A stretch of DNA of 64,000 nucleotides from Thermoflexus hugenholtzii JAD2 (GCA_943325205.2 CALPOM020000001.1:6010-70009); one strand, 5' to 3'. Shown: positions 19,527 through 30,770, numbered from the stretch's first letter. Numbers and translations: made by a program. Notes: a model not told the origin generated them from the letters alone.

Positions 19527-19751
19527 CTACTTAGACCGCGTGTATTCATCTTGAATCTGCGCCCTAACTCGTAACTGCTTTTCCCAACTCGTTTTATCAC
19601 CAGGGGTCCAGTTCTTATCAACAAAACCATTCTTAGCACCCTGATAAGCTGCAACATCTGACTTACTGGCCTTTAGAGCCTGCGAATTCTCAGAGCAAGC
19701 AACTAATCCGAAAATGAAACTTAAACTGATGATCGCTTTAGTTACTCTCAT
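19527..19751 (-). CDS. Small lipoprotein in FDH operon
   Basis: Lipobox LVAC; W..GDKTSWEKQL..RAQ.Q.EY; 4-nt overlap with beta gene. Confidence 0.7.
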   Translation of the reverse strand: MRVTKAIISLSFIFGLVACSENSQALKASKSDVAAYQGAKNGFVDKNWTPGDKTSWEKQLRVRAQIQDEYTRSK

Positions 19752-20392
19752 GATTTTGCTCCAGTTGGCGCGGCTTTATCATCTTTTTTGGGCTTACCAT
19801 AAGCTGTACCCCAGCCAAAGACATCGCCACCTGCAGCTTTGCCATGCGTCTGACGATTCGTTACACGATTACGGAAAATATCTGAAATCACATCACCATC
19901 ACCAGCTAACAAGGCTTTAGTGGAGCACATCTCCGCACATGCAGGTAATTTACCCTCGGATAAACGATTACGGCCGTATTTTTCAAACTCTGCTTTGGAG
20001 CCATTTTCTTCGGGGCCGCCAGCGCAAAATGTACATTTATCCATTTTGCCGCGCAAACCAAAAGTTCCTTGACTCGGAAATTGTGGCGCCCCAAATGGGC
20101 AAGCGTAAGAGCAATATCCACACCCTATGCAAGTGTCCTTGCTATGCAAAACCACCCCTTCATCTGTCCTGTAGAAACAATCTACCGGACAAACTGCCAT
20201 ACAAGGGGCGTCCGAACAATGCATACAAGCCACCGAAATAGACTTCTCTGCGCCTATCTCACCATCATTGATAGTGACAACACGCCGACGGTTTACTCCC
20301 CAAGGAACTTCGTGTTCGTTCTTACACGCTGTTACGCAGCCATTGCATTCAATACAACGCTCAGCATCACAGATAAATTTCATTCTTGCCAT
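19748..20392 (-). CDS. Formate dehydrogenase Fe-S beta subunit
   Basis: CIECNGC, CMHCSDAPC, CIGCGYC, KCTFC. Confidence 0.92.
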   Translation of the reverse strand: MARMKFICDAERCIECNGCVTACKNEHEVPWGVNRRRVVTINDGEIGAEKSISVACMHCSDAPCMAVCPVDCFYRTDEGVVLHSKDTCIGCGYCSYACPFGAPQFPSQGTFGLRGKMDKCTFCAGGPEENGSKAEFEKYGRNRLSEGKLPACAEMCSTKALLAGDGDVISDIFRNRVTNRQTHGKAAGGDVFGWGTAYGKPKKDDKAAPTGAKS

Positions 20393-20419
20393 GATTTTTT
20401 CCTTTAATTATGATCGGGT

Positions 20420-23398
20420 TTAGGCAAACTTTTCAATTTGGCAAACAGTCGTCTTGCTCTCTTGCATCATCGTCACACTGTCATAGCCATATGTCGTCGC
20501 TGTATTTACTGCTTCACCTCGAACAATGGGGTGGGCGCCATCTGGATAAGCATCCAAGATATCTTTACCCTGCCACCAACCAGAGAAGTGAAACGGTATA
20601 AACGCATGTTCCTCGTCCACCCGATTTGTCACTAAAGCACGCACTTTAATTTTGGCGCCAGTCGGGCTCTTGACCCAAACATAATCATTTTGCTTAATGC
20701 CCCGACTGGCCGCTGCTTTTGGATTAATCTCTACAAAGTTTTCTTGCTGTAATTCGGCCAACCACGGATTAGAACGCGTTTCCTCACCGCCACCCTCGTA
20801 CTCAACTAAACGACCCGAGGTCAAAATGATTGGGAATTTTTCATAAATCTTATCAGCAATGTTCTTGTCCTGAAGAGTCTTATAAAGAGTTGGTAATCTC
20901 CAAAAAGCTTTCTTATCAGCATGCGTAGGATACTTAGCAGTCAACTCAGGCCGTGTTCCATATAAAGGCTCGCGATGCTTTGGTACAGGGTCTGGGAAGT
21001 TCCAAACTACGGCTCTGGCTTTGGCATTACCAAAAGGATGACAACCATGTACCTTTAAAACGACACGTTGAATACCACCTGATAAATCTGTCTTCCAGTT
21101 TTTACCCTCAGCCGCTTTTTGCTCAGCTTCAGTTAAATCGTTCCACCATCCAAGCTTTTTGAGAAGAATATGGTCAAACTCTGGATACCCCGTTTTAATA
21201 TCTGCACCTTTTGAATGCGAACCGTTCTCTGCCAAAATAGATACGCCGTCTTTTTCAACACCAAAGTTTGCCCGGAAATTTCCTCCACCATCCATCACAT
21301 GCTTACTATTGTCATAGAGGTTAGGCGTTCCAGGATGCTTTAATTCGGCATTGCCGTAACAAGGCCAAGGCAAACCATAGTAATCGCCAGTTGTATCGTA
21401 ACCACTGACAGAGTCTTTTCCACCTTTGGATTTCAGGGTCTTGGGGTCAAATAAGTGCATGCTACGCATGTGCGCCTTCAGACGCTCAGGCGTTTGACCC
21501 GTGTATCCAATTGTCCAGACGGAACGATTGATTTCACCCAAAATGGATTCCACTTCAGGCTCTTTCCAACTCTTACCCGCAAACTTAGAATCTAACATTT
21601 TGAAATTTTTCGATAACTCAGTACCAAAACCTAAACGATCAGCAAACGCTTGCATAATCACATGGTCAGGCATCGACTCAAATAACGGGTCAATCACTTT
21701 TTCCCGCCATTGCAAGGAACGATTCGAAGCAGTACAAGATCCAACCGTTTCAAACTGCGTTGCAGCTGGCAACAAATATACGCTGCGATTGGTATTTGGT
21801 TTGGACCCTTCGGACTTCATCGCAGCCATTGCGGCAGTCGCACTTGGATACGGATCAACCACCACCAATAGATCAAGAGCGTCCATCGCAGTCTTCATAT
21901 CAGGGCCTCTAGTCTGCGAGTTCGGTGCATGCCCCCAGAAAAATAGCCCCTTAATATTGGCCGGTTGATCAATTAACTCATTCTTCTCAAGCACACCATC
22001 AACCCAACGAGAAACCGTCGTGCCGGACTTCTCCATCATACCAGGCGAATATTGCGCCTTGATCCACTCATAATCCACGTCCCAAACTTTGGCAAAGTGT
22101 TTCCAAGAGCCCGCTGCTAAGCCATAATACCCAGGTAATGAATCTGGATTAGGGCCAACGTCTGTGGCGCCCTGGACATTGTCATGCCCCCTAAAAATAT
22201 TCGTTCCACCACCCGATTTGCCCACATTACCAAGAGCGAGTTGGACAATACATGACATCCGTACAATCGCATTACCAGTTGTATGCTGGGTCTGGCCCAT
22301 ACACCATACAAATGTGGATGGACGATTTTCAGCCATTGTCTTAGCCACTTGATATACCTGCGCTTCAGGAACACCACAGGCCTCTTCCACTGTTTTTGGA
22401 TCCCAATTGTCTAAAGTCTCTTTTTTAATTTGATCCATGCCATAAACACGGTCATTAATATAGGCTTTATCTTCCCAGCCATTTTTAAAAATGTGATACA
22501 AAACTCCATATAAAAACGGAATATCTGAGCCAGAACGAATGCGTACGTACTGGTCTGATTTCGCAGCAGTCCGCGTATACCTAGGATCGACCACAATCAC
22601 CTTACAACCATTTTCTTTAGCGTGCAATAAATGCAACATCGATACCGGATGTGCCTCAGCAGCATTCGACCCAATATACATCGCAGCTTTGGCGTTTTGC
22701 ATATCGTTGTAGCTATTCGTCATTGCCCCATAGCCCCAAGTATTAGCTACCCCAGCGACCGTAGTTGAGTGACAAATTCGAGCCTGATGGTCCGTATTAT
22801 TTGTACCAAAAAAGGATACAAATTTACGGAGCAAATAAGCCTGCTCATTATTAAATTTCGAGGACCCAATGAAAAATAAAGAATCGGGGCCATGCTCTTT
22901 CTTCAGATCTTTCATCTTGGCAGAGATTTCGTCTAGAGCAGTCTCCCAAGAAATTCTTTTGTATTTACCATCGACTAACTTCATGGGGTATTTCAAGCGA
23001 TATTCGCCGTGACCATGCTCACGCAGGGCAGCACCTTTCGCACAATAGGAACCCATATTAATCGGAGAATCAAACACAGGCTCTTGACGAGTCCAAACAC
23101 CGTTTTCCACCACCGCGTCCACCGCACAACCCACCGAACAGTGACTACAAATAGTCCTACGGACCACGATACCCTGCTCCCCAGTACTTGGTTTAGAGCC
23201 CATCGCCTTGGCTTTTTTGACTAAGGTCAATTGCGTTCCAGCTAATCCAACTCCAACGCCTAGCCCAGAGCGCTTTAAAAACGCCCGACGATCCATCGTC
23301 GGGATGAGATTATCCAGTCCACGGGATAAATGCGCGATTAAGTGACTGTTCGAGGTGGCAGGAGAATTATTGGAAGATAATTTGCGTGTCAGATTCAT
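20420..23398 (-). CDS. Formate dehydrogenase alpha subunit, Mo/W-bisPGD, Tat-exported, Cys-type
   Basis: DRRAFLK Tat motif, CSHCSVGC...CAKG, QARICHS, RGHDNVQG, LTSGRLVE. Confidence 0.93.
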   Translation of the reverse strand: MNLTRKLSSNNSPATSNSHLIAHLSRGLDNLIPTMDRRAFLKRSGLGVGVGLAGTQLTLVKKAKAMGSKPSTGEQGIVVRRTICSHCSVGCAVDAVVENGVWTRQEPVFDSPINMGSYCAKGAALREHGHGEYRLKYPMKLVDGKYKRISWETALDEISAKMKDLKKEHGPDSLFFIGSSKFNNEQAYLLRKFVSFFGTNNTDHQARICHSTTVAGVANTWGYGAMTNSYNDMQNAKAAMYIGSNAAEAHPVSMLHLLHAKENGCKVIVVDPRYTRTAAKSDQYVRIRSGSDIPFLYGVLYHIFKNGWEDKAYINDRVYGMDQIKKETLDNWDPKTVEEACGVPEAQVYQVAKTMAENRPSTFVWCMGQTQHTTGNAIVRMSCIVQLALGNVGKSGGGTNIFRGHDNVQGATDVGPNPDSLPGYYGLAAGSWKHFAKVWDVDYEWIKAQYSPGMMEKSGTTVSRWVDGVLEKNELIDQPANIKGLFFWGHAPNSQTRGPDMKTAMDALDLLVVVDPYPSATAAMAAMKSEGSKPNTNRSVYLLPAATQFETVGSCTASNRSLQWREKVIDPLFESMPDHVIMQAFADRLGFGTELSKNFKMLDSKFAGKSWKEPEVESILGEINRSVWTIGYTGQTPERLKAHMRSMHLFDPKTLKSKGGKDSVSGYDTTGDYYGLPWPCYGNAELKHPGTPNLYDNSKHVMDGGGNFRANFGVEKDGVSILAENGSHSKGADIKTGYPEFDHILLKKLGWWNDLTEAEQKAAEGKNWKTDLSGGIQRVVLKVHGCHPFGNAKARAVVWNFPDPVPKHREPLYGTRPELTAKYPTHADKKAFWRLPTLYKTLQDKNIADKIYEKFPIILTSGRLVEYEGGGEETRSNPWLAELQQENFVEINPKAAASRGIKQNDYVWVKSPTGAKIKVRALVTNRVDEEHAFIPFHFSGWWQGKDILDAYPDGAHPIVRGEAVNTATTYGYDSVTMMQESKTTVCQIEKFA

Positions 23399-23441
23399 GG
23401 GGGGTTCCTTAATTTAAGGCAAAAAACTAAAAAATTACGAT

Positions 23442-23648
23442 TCAAACAAGAGTTGTTTTGTAATATTTTTGAATATGTTCAGTTAATTGATAACCAGTCT
23501 TTTTCTGACTCGTTAAGCTATCCTCAACCTCACTGATTACTTGTTGGCCAAGTGGCGTCTTGGCAAGGATTACTGCGCCACCAGCTAGGGCCGCAGCTCC
23601 AGCAAAAAAATTCCGACGATTCAAGGGCTTAGCGTTTTTAGTTGTCAT
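23442..23648 (-). CDS. Small twin-arginine-motif protein preceding FDH alpha
   Basis: NRRNFF, hydrophobic segment, GYQLTEHIQKYYKTT. Confidence 0.75.
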   Translation of the reverse strand: MTTKNAKPLNRRNFFAGAAALAGGAVILAKTPLGQQVISEVEDSLTSQKKTGYQLTEHIQKYYKTTLV

Positions 23649-23801
23649 TTGTGAATTCCTGTTTTGTTTTATCTATTAAAAAAACAAAGTGCTTTTGTAA
23701 AAATTAACCCAACATATAAATTGTTAAAAATTGTAATTATGCAAAATCTTTCACATTATCTATTATTACTGAATTTTTGTCTTTTGGACTTAGTGTATAC
23801 C

Positions 23802-24461
23802 CTAGAGCATATCAAATGCCTGACCTTCTATTTCAAAAAAGGTTCTACTCAATAGCCCAACATGGCGATAATATGTTAAACCAGAGTGCGCCTCTAAGGT
23901 ATCAAATAATTGGCCTGCCCAAGGTCTAATCTGCTCATTAAAGAATTTTTTCTGCTGAGTCAGGTTGCAAACACCTAAATCCTCTCCAGCAATTAAATAG
24001 CGCATAATTTCACACAAGCAAGCTATATGGTCTTCCGTTTCAGAGATATCGTCAGATCCTTCCAGTCCTAAGACCTTTAATTCCTCTCGCAAATACGCTA
24101 GAGGCTTCTCATTTAAAAAACCGGTCAAATAGTAAGATCCATATAAAAAAATCTCTTGCTTACCAACCCCCACAAAATAGGTCTCATACTCAGTTTGCCA
24201 ATCCTCCGAAGAGGCGTTTTTTGCCACCCGGACTAACTCGTCCCAAGGACCTTGCAATAAGGAGCTAGAGACAACCTCCGGCTTTTCAATGGCGGCATTA
24301 AAGTTGGCAATTTTTTCTAATAACTCTTGAGGAGGCCCTGAATAAAACAATAAGGCTAGCAAGCCATATAAGTCTGCTCGCGCCAAATCCTCGGCACTTA
24401 ACTGCGTATCAAGTGCCAAGGAAGTCTGATCACCTGGATTATCAATAGCGTCCATACTCAT
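23802..24461 (-). CDS. TorD/DmsD-family redox enzyme maturation chaperone
   Basis: ARADLYGLLA, YGSYYLTG, ETEDHIACLCEIM. Confidence 0.88.
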   Translation of the reverse strand: MSMDAIDNPGDQTSLALDTQLSAEDLARADLYGLLALLFYSGPPQELLEKIANFNAAIEKPEVVSSSLLQGPWDELVRVAKNASSEDWQTEYETYFVGVGKQEIFLYGSYYLTGFLNEKPLAYLREELKVLGLEGSDDISETEDHIACLCEIMRYLIAGEDLGVCNLTQQKKFFNEQIRPWAGQLFDTLEAHSGLTYYRHVGLLSRTFFEIEGQAFDML

Positions 24462-26590
24462 TCCTTATGCGGTGCTGGCTGACTCATCAAATCGATCACT
24501 CGACAATCAGAACACATCTTGATCCGATCCTGCGCACTGCCAGCAAATGCTGGATGATTCCCGATTTTAGCGAACATCGCTGTCATCATTTTTTCAGTCG
24601 CAAAGGGCTTTGCACATTTGATGCAATGAAAAGGCTTTGCTTCATTTACAAACTGCTTTTCCTTGCGTTTACTAATTGGACTTAATCGCGGCAGCAACTG
24701 GATGGCATTCTCTGGACATGTCTTCACGCACAAACCACATTGCACACAATTCTTTTCAATAAATCCTAACTGAGGTAACTCCAAATGATCAATCAGAGCA
24801 CCACCAGGACAAGCCCCTACACACGACATACAAAGTGTGCATTGATCTTGATTGACTTCTATCCCACCAATAAGTGCGTTAGTTGCCAATAACAGCGACT
24901 CGTCTTGCGCTAATGGTAAGGGCGCATGAAGCAATAAATGCTCCAAAGACATCTCCAAGGTCTGGCGCTTATCTTTCGAAAAAACAAATGTTGCCAGCGG
25001 CGCTAACGTTTTTTTGGCGCCAAAATTATTTAAACGTTGATCAAGCAACTGTAATTGCTCTAAACCTAAGACATCATCCTCGCGATGGTCCACCGAAATA
25101 ATATGAACCCGTTCTTCATAGCCCAAGCCTGTACAAATTTGATTTGCCAAAGCAACTTGCTCAGCCAATGCCGGCAAATACGCTGCTGACTCTTCGCCAC
25201 TAGCCAATAAAACAATTTCAGCAAGGCCGTGGGCGAGCGAACTCAGCCATAAGTCAATCCCTGTAGAGGCGATATGATGTAACGACAGGGGCACCATATT
25301 ACTAGGAAGTCCGCTATATCGATCCGGCTGTAACCTTGCCATTTTACCTAATTGATCCAGCACCTTCTCACCACCCGCAGCCCCAGAGTGCAGCAGTATC
25401 GTCGGGCTAAGTCTCCCTTGGCTCATCTGACTAAAGGTCTGCACAATAGTCTTTACCTGTTGCCCCAGGTAAGGTACCGTAGGATTAGCATAAGTCATCG
25501 CGCCCGTTGGGCAAGCAGAAGCGCACGCCCCACATCCCATACACAACTGCGGATTAACCGCAACACTGCCCTTCCCAGATTTAAAAACAGATTGAATAGC
25601 CTGCGTTGAACAAATATCAATACATGCTTGACAGCCAACTTGACCATTCCGACCGTGTGCACAGCTACTTTCCTGATAAGCAAAAAATTTCGGCTTTTCA
25701 AACTCACCAATGGAGCCTAATAACTTTTGTACAGCTAAAGCCTGATTTGACCAAGTAACGCCAGGCGCAAAATACCCCTGAGGATTTTCTGGCATTGCCA
25801 TAAACGGCCGTTCGTTTAAATCAAGTACAAAATCAAATTCATCTTCAATCGACTCTGCAACTTGGTTAAATTGAATCGCCCCAATCGGGCCACAAGCGCT
25901 GACACAATCACGATGTGATTTACATTTACTCATATCAATCTGAAAACTAAGGTCAATCGCACCTTCGGGACAAGCCTCTAAACACGCTCCGCAACGCGTA
26001 CACAAATCGAGCTGAATTGGGTTATCTCTTTGCCACTGCGCCTTAAATTGTCCTAAAAAACCATCTAGTGATTGGAGATTGCCGTTGGCGATAAAAAAGT
26101 GTTTTTGCATCGGCAATGGTTGCGAGTCATTCACTAAAACTGTGACGCTTAAGTTCGCATGTAAACGCTCAGCCCATCCAAATGCCATCGCACTCGGACC
26201 AATAATCAAGAGCCGCCCCTGCGAACTATCGTAACTAACCGTTGGTAAAGGATCAGGTGGAGATAACTGGGCAAGGGCTAATAAACTGGCAATCTTTGGC
26301 CCAGCCTGGGCACGCTGACGGCCCCAACCGCCCGTCTCCCGAATATTTACAAACCGAATAGGTGCTACCAATGGCTTTGAAGCACTCGCAGCCATCGCTG
26401 AAAATAATTCTCGCTCCTGTGTACAAGCTACGACTAACGGCTCATCACCCTGCAGAGCATTTAAAAACTGTCCAACATCTTGCCGACATAAGGCTGTTTG
26501 AACCTGTATACCGGAGTCAACTTGCTTTTGTAATGCCGACTCATCCAAGGACATCGTGCGATTACAGTTACATACCAAAGTAGTAGTCAT
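24458..26590 (-). CDS. Polyferredoxin-type 4Fe-4S protein of FDH cluster
   Basis: Several CxxCxxCxxxC motifs; N-terminal CNCN, VACTQE, NIRE. Confidence 0.85.
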   Translation of the reverse strand: MTTTLVCNCNRTMSLDESALQKQVDSGIQVQTALCRQDVGQFLNALQGDEPLVVACTQERELFSAMAASASKPLVAPIRFVNIRETGGWGRQRAQAGPKIASLLALAQLSPPDPLPTVSYDSSQGRLLIIGPSAMAFGWAERLHANLSVTVLVNDSQPLPMQKHFFIANGNLQSLDGFLGQFKAQWQRDNPIQLDLCTRCGACLEACPEGAIDLSFQIDMSKCKSHRDCVSACGPIGAIQFNQVAESIEDEFDFVLDLNERPFMAMPENPQGYFAPGVTWSNQALAVQKLLGSIGEFEKPKFFAYQESSCAHGRNGQVGCQACIDICSTQAIQSVFKSGKGSVAVNPQLCMGCGACASACPTGAMTYANPTVPYLGQQVKTIVQTFSQMSQGRLSPTILLHSGAAGGEKVLDQLGKMARLQPDRYSGLPSNMVPLSLHHIASTGIDLWLSSLAHGLAEIVLLASGEESAAYLPALAEQVALANQICTGLGYEERVHIISVDHREDDVLGLEQLQLLDQRLNNFGAKKTLAPLATFVFSKDKRQTLEMSLEHLLLHAPLPLAQDESLLLATNALIGGIEVNQDQCTLCMSCVGACPGGALIDHLELPQLGFIEKNCVQCGLCVKTCPENAIQLLPRLSPISKRKEKQFVNEAKPFHCIKCAKPFATEKMMTAMFAKIGNHPAFAGSAQDRIKMCSDCRVIDLMSQPAPHKE

Positions 26591-27249
26591 AGGGCTTTTC
26601 CTGCAATAGGATTTAATGGAATGGCATTTGGATCAGCCCCGCCAGTCTGATGCTGATCCAAAGTATTATCCTCGTCGAGACTTTGGGACTCAAGCACGAG
26701 AGGATCCTTAATAGAACAATCCTCGATCGAACTAGTCTTTTCTTGCACGACGAATGACTCAAAATCGGGGGCATTAGTTGCGTCAACGGACATCACAGGT
26801 TCGTCTAACACTTTTTTAAATAAACCCAACATATCTGACTGACGCATCATCTCCAGCATACCTGGCGGCAAGGGATCCTCTTTTGAATAGTCATCAATAT
26901 AAATATCTAAACCATCCATGATGTTGTAATGCGGATCTGTAAATAATTTTTTCATGGCAGCTTGATGCACGTCCAAATGAATATCTTTAGTTACGAAACT
27001 GGAAAAATCAGACTCACGCGTTAAGCGCGCAACATCGTCTAATGACGGTCCAGGCAAAGGCTGATCAGTTTCATCCTGCGCAAGTTGTGTAAGCGCACCT
27101 GACGAGTCAACATTAACCTGCTTTAGGGAATCAGATTGCGACGCGTCCGGCAAAGATTCGAGCGCAGGCGGGGGAACAGTCGAGTCATCGACAAGAACCG
27201 CTTGCTGCTCTCGCTTTCGAGCTGACCATCTTTTTAAAAAAGTACTCAA
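26587..27249 (-). CDS. DUF3306-family protein
   Basis: FLKRWSARK, SDFSSF, AAMKKLF.DPHYNIMDGLDIYIDDYS. Confidence 0.8.
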   Translation of the reverse strand: MSTFLKRWSARKREQQAVLVDDSTVPPPALESLPDASQSDSLKQVNVDSSGALTQLAQDETDQPLPGPSLDDVARLTRESDFSSFVTKDIHLDVHQAAMKKLFTDPHYNIMDGLDIYIDDYSKEDPLPPGMLEMMRQSDMLGLFKKVLDEPVMSVDATNAPDFESFVVQEKTSSIEDCSIKDPLVLESQSLDEDNTLDQHQTGGADPNAIPLNPIAGKAL

Positions 27250-27789
27250 TCAATCTCCCTTGAGAGGATGCGCCGGCCTAGTTGCCCCTTGAAAGGATTC
27301 CGGCCGCTGTCTTTTTTTGGGTTCGGGTCGATAATTTTCTTCTACAAATAATTGCACCGATTCAAGTAACTGACCACTAATGGGATAACGCTCAACCTCT
27401 TCACCACCATCGAGTAAACGCGCCGCCTCGTTATAACTGAGCATCACCCGGTGCGGTACCGCAATCTTACCGTCAGCAAATAAGCTGGAATCTTCATAAC
27501 GGTACATCACAAACCAACTAGGCTGGGGCGATGAAACATTTAAATAATATCCCTGTGCTTCATCGGCAAATAAATCGAGATGAAAGCCCGTATAGATCCA
27601 TGTCTCTTCTTGCTGGCTTCGCCGTACTAAAAAGCCTGAAATACCGCATACTTCAATTACTTCAGCAGATGAACGCAAGCCGACAAACTGCCCTAAATCC
27701 ACCAAGACCTCATCTAAAGACCACTTGTGAGACTGCCATGGATTATCAATTTGTTCGAGTCGCATCGCGACAGCTAATTGCAGACCCAT
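27250..27789 (-). CDS. DUF3305-family protein
   Basis: NPWQSHKW, L..DEAQGYYLN, SYNEAARLLDGGE, KKRQRP. Confidence 0.8.
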   Translation of the reverse strand: MGLQLAVAMRLEQIDNPWQSHKWSLDEVLVDLGQFVGLRSSAEVIEVCGISGFLVRRSQQEETWIYTGFHLDLFADEAQGYYLNVSSPQPSWFVMYRYEDSSLFADGKIAVPHRVMLSYNEAARLLDGGEEVERYPISGQLLESVQLFVEENYRPEPKKRQRPESFQGATRPAHPLKGD

Positions 27790-28877
27790 TAGGTATTTTG
27801 AATCACAATACTCGGAAACTTACTCGATAAATCTTTGGACATCAAGGCAATTTGAATCGCAACCTGACGAGCAATCTCCTTATATGTTTGACTAATTAGA
27901 CCATCCGGCTCAGATACCAAGGTGGGCCTGCCAGCATCCGCCTGCTCCCGAATCGATAAATTGAGAGGCAAACTTCCCAAAAATGGCACATGATAATCAC
28001 TACACATTTTTTGCCCACCACCAGATCCAAAGATATGCTCTGTATGCCCACAACTTGGACAGACATAGGTACTCATATTTTCAACAATTCCTAGAATCGG
28101 TATACCAACCTTCTCAAACATTTTTAACCCCTTACGGGCATCTAGTAAGGCAATATCTTGTGGCGTAGTCACGATCACCGCACCAGTCACTGGCACTTTT
28201 TGTGACAAAGTTAACTGAATATCGCCCGTTCCAGGAGGCATATCGACTATTAAGTAATCCAAATCCTGCCAATGCGTTTGCCTTAATAACTGCTCAAGTG
28301 CAGAGGTAACCATCGGCCCGCGCCAAACCATTGGACTGTCCGGCTCAATCAAAAACCCAATCGAACTAGCCTGTAAACCATGCCCGTGCATCGGTTCAAT
28401 CGAATTTTCAGCTAAGGATTCAGGGCGGCCAGTGATACCAAGCATGGTAGGCAAACTCGGACCATAAATGTCAGCATCTAATATCCCAACCCGTGCGCCT
28501 TCGGCAGATAAAGCTAGGGCTAAATTAACTGCTGTGGTGGACTTACCAACCCCACCCTTACCACTAGCAATGGCTATGATGTTTTTTACCTCTGGAATTA
28601 ATTTAACCCCCCGTTGCACGGTGTGGGCAATAATCTCCATCCCGACTTGAACCTCAACCTGCTGCACCCCAGCAATCCCCCGAACAGCTGATACACAGGC
28701 TTGCCGAATCACTTCAAATTGACTCTTGGAAGGATAGCCTAGCAAGACCTCAAAATGGACCTTGTCGCCAGTAATTTGAAGATTCTTAATCCCCTTTGAA
28801 CTGACTAAATCTGTCCCAGTATTGGGATCAATCACCGTCTTTAAAACAGCCAATATTTGATCATTGGAAAGGTTCAA
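27789..28877 (-). CDS. apbC: Fe-S cluster carrier ApbC/Mrp
   Basis: GKGGVGKST, DADIYGPS, DMPPGTGD, CPSC; TTG start at 28877 preceded by AAGGAG. Confidence 0.93.
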   Translation of the reverse strand: MNLSNDQILAVLKTVIDPNTGTDLVSSKGIKNLQITGDKVHFEVLLGYPSKSQFEVIRQACVSAVRGIAGVQQVEVQVGMEIIAHTVQRGVKLIPEVKNIIAIASGKGGVGKSTTAVNLALALSAEGARVGILDADIYGPSLPTMLGITGRPESLAENSIEPMHGHGLQASSIGFLIEPDSPMVWRGPMVTSALEQLLRQTHWQDLDYLIVDMPPGTGDIQLTLSQKVPVTGAVIVTTPQDIALLDARKGLKMFEKVGIPILGIVENMSTYVCPSCGHTEHIFGSGGGQKMCSDYHVPFLGSLPLNLSIREQADAGRPTLVSEPDGLISQTYKEIARQVAIQIALMSKDLSSKFPSIVIQNT

Positions 28878-28947
28878 AATTTTCTCCTTAAAATTGCAAA
28901 ATCGCGATAATTTATCCAATACTTTAATCGGATACTAAAATCAACGT

Positions 28948-30648
28948 ATGAAACCGAATCCAAAAAGAATTCTTGTTACTTCCGCTCTACCCTACGCTAA
29001 CGGACAAATCCATATTGGCCACCTCGTAGAATATATCCAAACTGATATTTGGGTACGCTTTCAGAGAATGCGTGGTCACGAAGTCTACTACATTGGTGCT
29101 GATGATACGCATGGTACCCCAATCATGCTCAAGGCGGAATCAGAAAATATCACCCCGAAACAACTCATTGACCGGGTTTGGCATGAGCATAAAAGAGATT
29201 TTGACGATTTTATGATCTCCTTTGATCATTACGGCTCTACCGATACGGACGAAAACCAGAGTTTATCTCAAACAATCTATCTGCGTTTGCGAGATGCCGG
29301 CCTCATCGAAAAGAAGTCCGTTGAACAAGCTTACGATCCTCTTAAAAAAATGTTTCTGCCAGACCGCTTCATTAAAGGCGATTGTCCAAAATGTGGGGCT
29401 AAAGAGCAATATGGCGATTCCTGTGAAAAATGCGGCGCTACCTACAACCCAACTGATCTCAAGAACCCCTATTCCGTAGTCAGTGGCGCTACCCCGATTA
29501 AAAAAACCTCAGAACATTACTTCTTCAAATTATCAGACCCCCGTTGTGAAAACTTTCTACGGGAATGGACGCAGGTCAAAACAGCACTCCAAGTCGAAGC
29601 TAAAAATAAAATGCGGGAGTGGGTCGGAGACGTCGGACAAAGCACTCTTGGAGATTGGGATATTTCAAGAGATGCACCTTATTTTGGCTTTGAAATCCCA
29701 GATGCGCCAGGTAAGTATTTTTATGTTTGGTTAGATGCACCTATCGGCTATTTTGGAAGTTTTAAGGCGTTTTGCGCCACCAATCAACTCGCGTTTGAGG
29801 ACTGGACTAGCCCAAACTCCCCAACCGAAATGTACCACTTTATCGGTAAAGATATCCTCTATTTTCATACCCTTTTTTGGCCTGCAATGCTCCATTTTTC
29901 TGACTTTAGAACTCCAACTAATGTCTTTGCCCATGGCTTTTTAACAGTCGATGGGGAAAAAATGAGTAAATCCCGAGGGACTTTTATTACCGCACATAGC
30001 TTTATCGAAGCAGGCCTATCCCCTGAATGGTTACGCTACTACTTTGCTGCCAAACTCAATGCTTCACTCGAAGATCTCGATTTAAACCTGCAAGATTTTG
30101 TTGCCCGAGTCAACAGCGACCTACTCGGCAAATATATCAATATTGCTAGTCGTAGCGCGGGATTTTTAGTGAAACGGTTTGACGGTATTGTAGAAGAAAG
30201 CGCGTTCAATCATCCACTGATCCTCAGTCTTCAGTCTGCTTGCGAGGAAATTCAAGCATTTTATGAGGCCAGAGAGTTTGCCAAGGCACTACGAAAAACG
30301 ATGGAGTTAGCCGATCAAGTCAATGTCTATGTGGATAGTGAAAAACCCTGGGAAATTGCGAAACGTTACGCCCTAGACAATGCGCCATTAACGGGCGAAC
30401 TGTTACAACGCGTCTGTAGCGTGACCTTAGAGGCATTTCGTATATTAACAATTTACCTCAAGCCCGTTCTACCCCAATTAGCCCAAGATGTCGAAGGATT
30501 TTTAAATATTCCGCCACTTACCTTTGATCGTGTTCATAAACACCTCTTGGCAACCCACCCAATTCAACCATATCGCCACTTAATGTCAAGGGTCGACCAG
30601 CAAATGATTCATGCGCTTCTAGACGCAAATAAGGCCCTACCTCTTTGA
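28948..30648 (+). CDS. metG: Methionine--tRNA ligase (no C-terminal tRNA-binding appendix)
   Basis: ALPYANG.IHIGH, Zn knuckle CxxC...Cxx[16 protein letters not shown]. Confidence 0.96.
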   Translation: MKPNPKRILVTSALPYANGQIHIGHLVEYIQTDIWVRFQRMRGHEVYYIGADDTHGTPIMLKAESENITPKQLIDRVWHEHKRDFDDFMISFDHYGSTDTDENQSLSQTIYLRLRDAGLIEKKSVEQAYDPLKKMFLPDRFIKGDCPKCGAKEQYGDSCEKCGATYNPTDLKNPYSVVSGATPIKKTSEHYFFKLSDPRCENFLREWTQVKTALQVEAKNKMREWVGDVGQSTLGDWDISRDAPYFGFEIPDAPGKYFYVWLDAPIGYFGSFKAFCATNQLAFEDWTSPNSPTEMYHFIGKDILYFHTLFWPAMLHFSDFRTPTNVFAHGFLTVDGEKMSKSRGTFITAHSFIEAGLSPEWLRYYFAAKLNASLEDLDLNLQDFVARVNSDLLGKYINIASRSAGFLVKRFDGIVEESAFNHPLILSLQSACEEIQAFYEAREFAKALRKTMELADQVNVYVDSEKPWEIAKRYALDNAPLTGELLQRVCSVTLEAFRILTIYLKPVLPQLAQDVEGFLNIPPLTFDRVHKHLLATHPIQPYRHLMSRVDQQMIHALLDANKALPL

Positions 30649-30770
30649 TATCTGACTAAAAATCACCCCCTAGCCCAAGGAATGACATAAAATGCCAAGA
30701 TTACGGTTGAAACCTGTAATTTATTGCTGATTCAAAAATAATTCTGTACCAACTAGAAAACTTTTTATAT

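Noticed and set aside
20420-23398. Selenocysteine in FDH alpha
   Set aside because: Frame is uninterrupted and the ligand is Cys (RICH).
28948-30648. MetG truncation as pseudogene
   Set aside because: All catalytic and anticodon-domain motifs are present; short monomeric MetRS forms are common.
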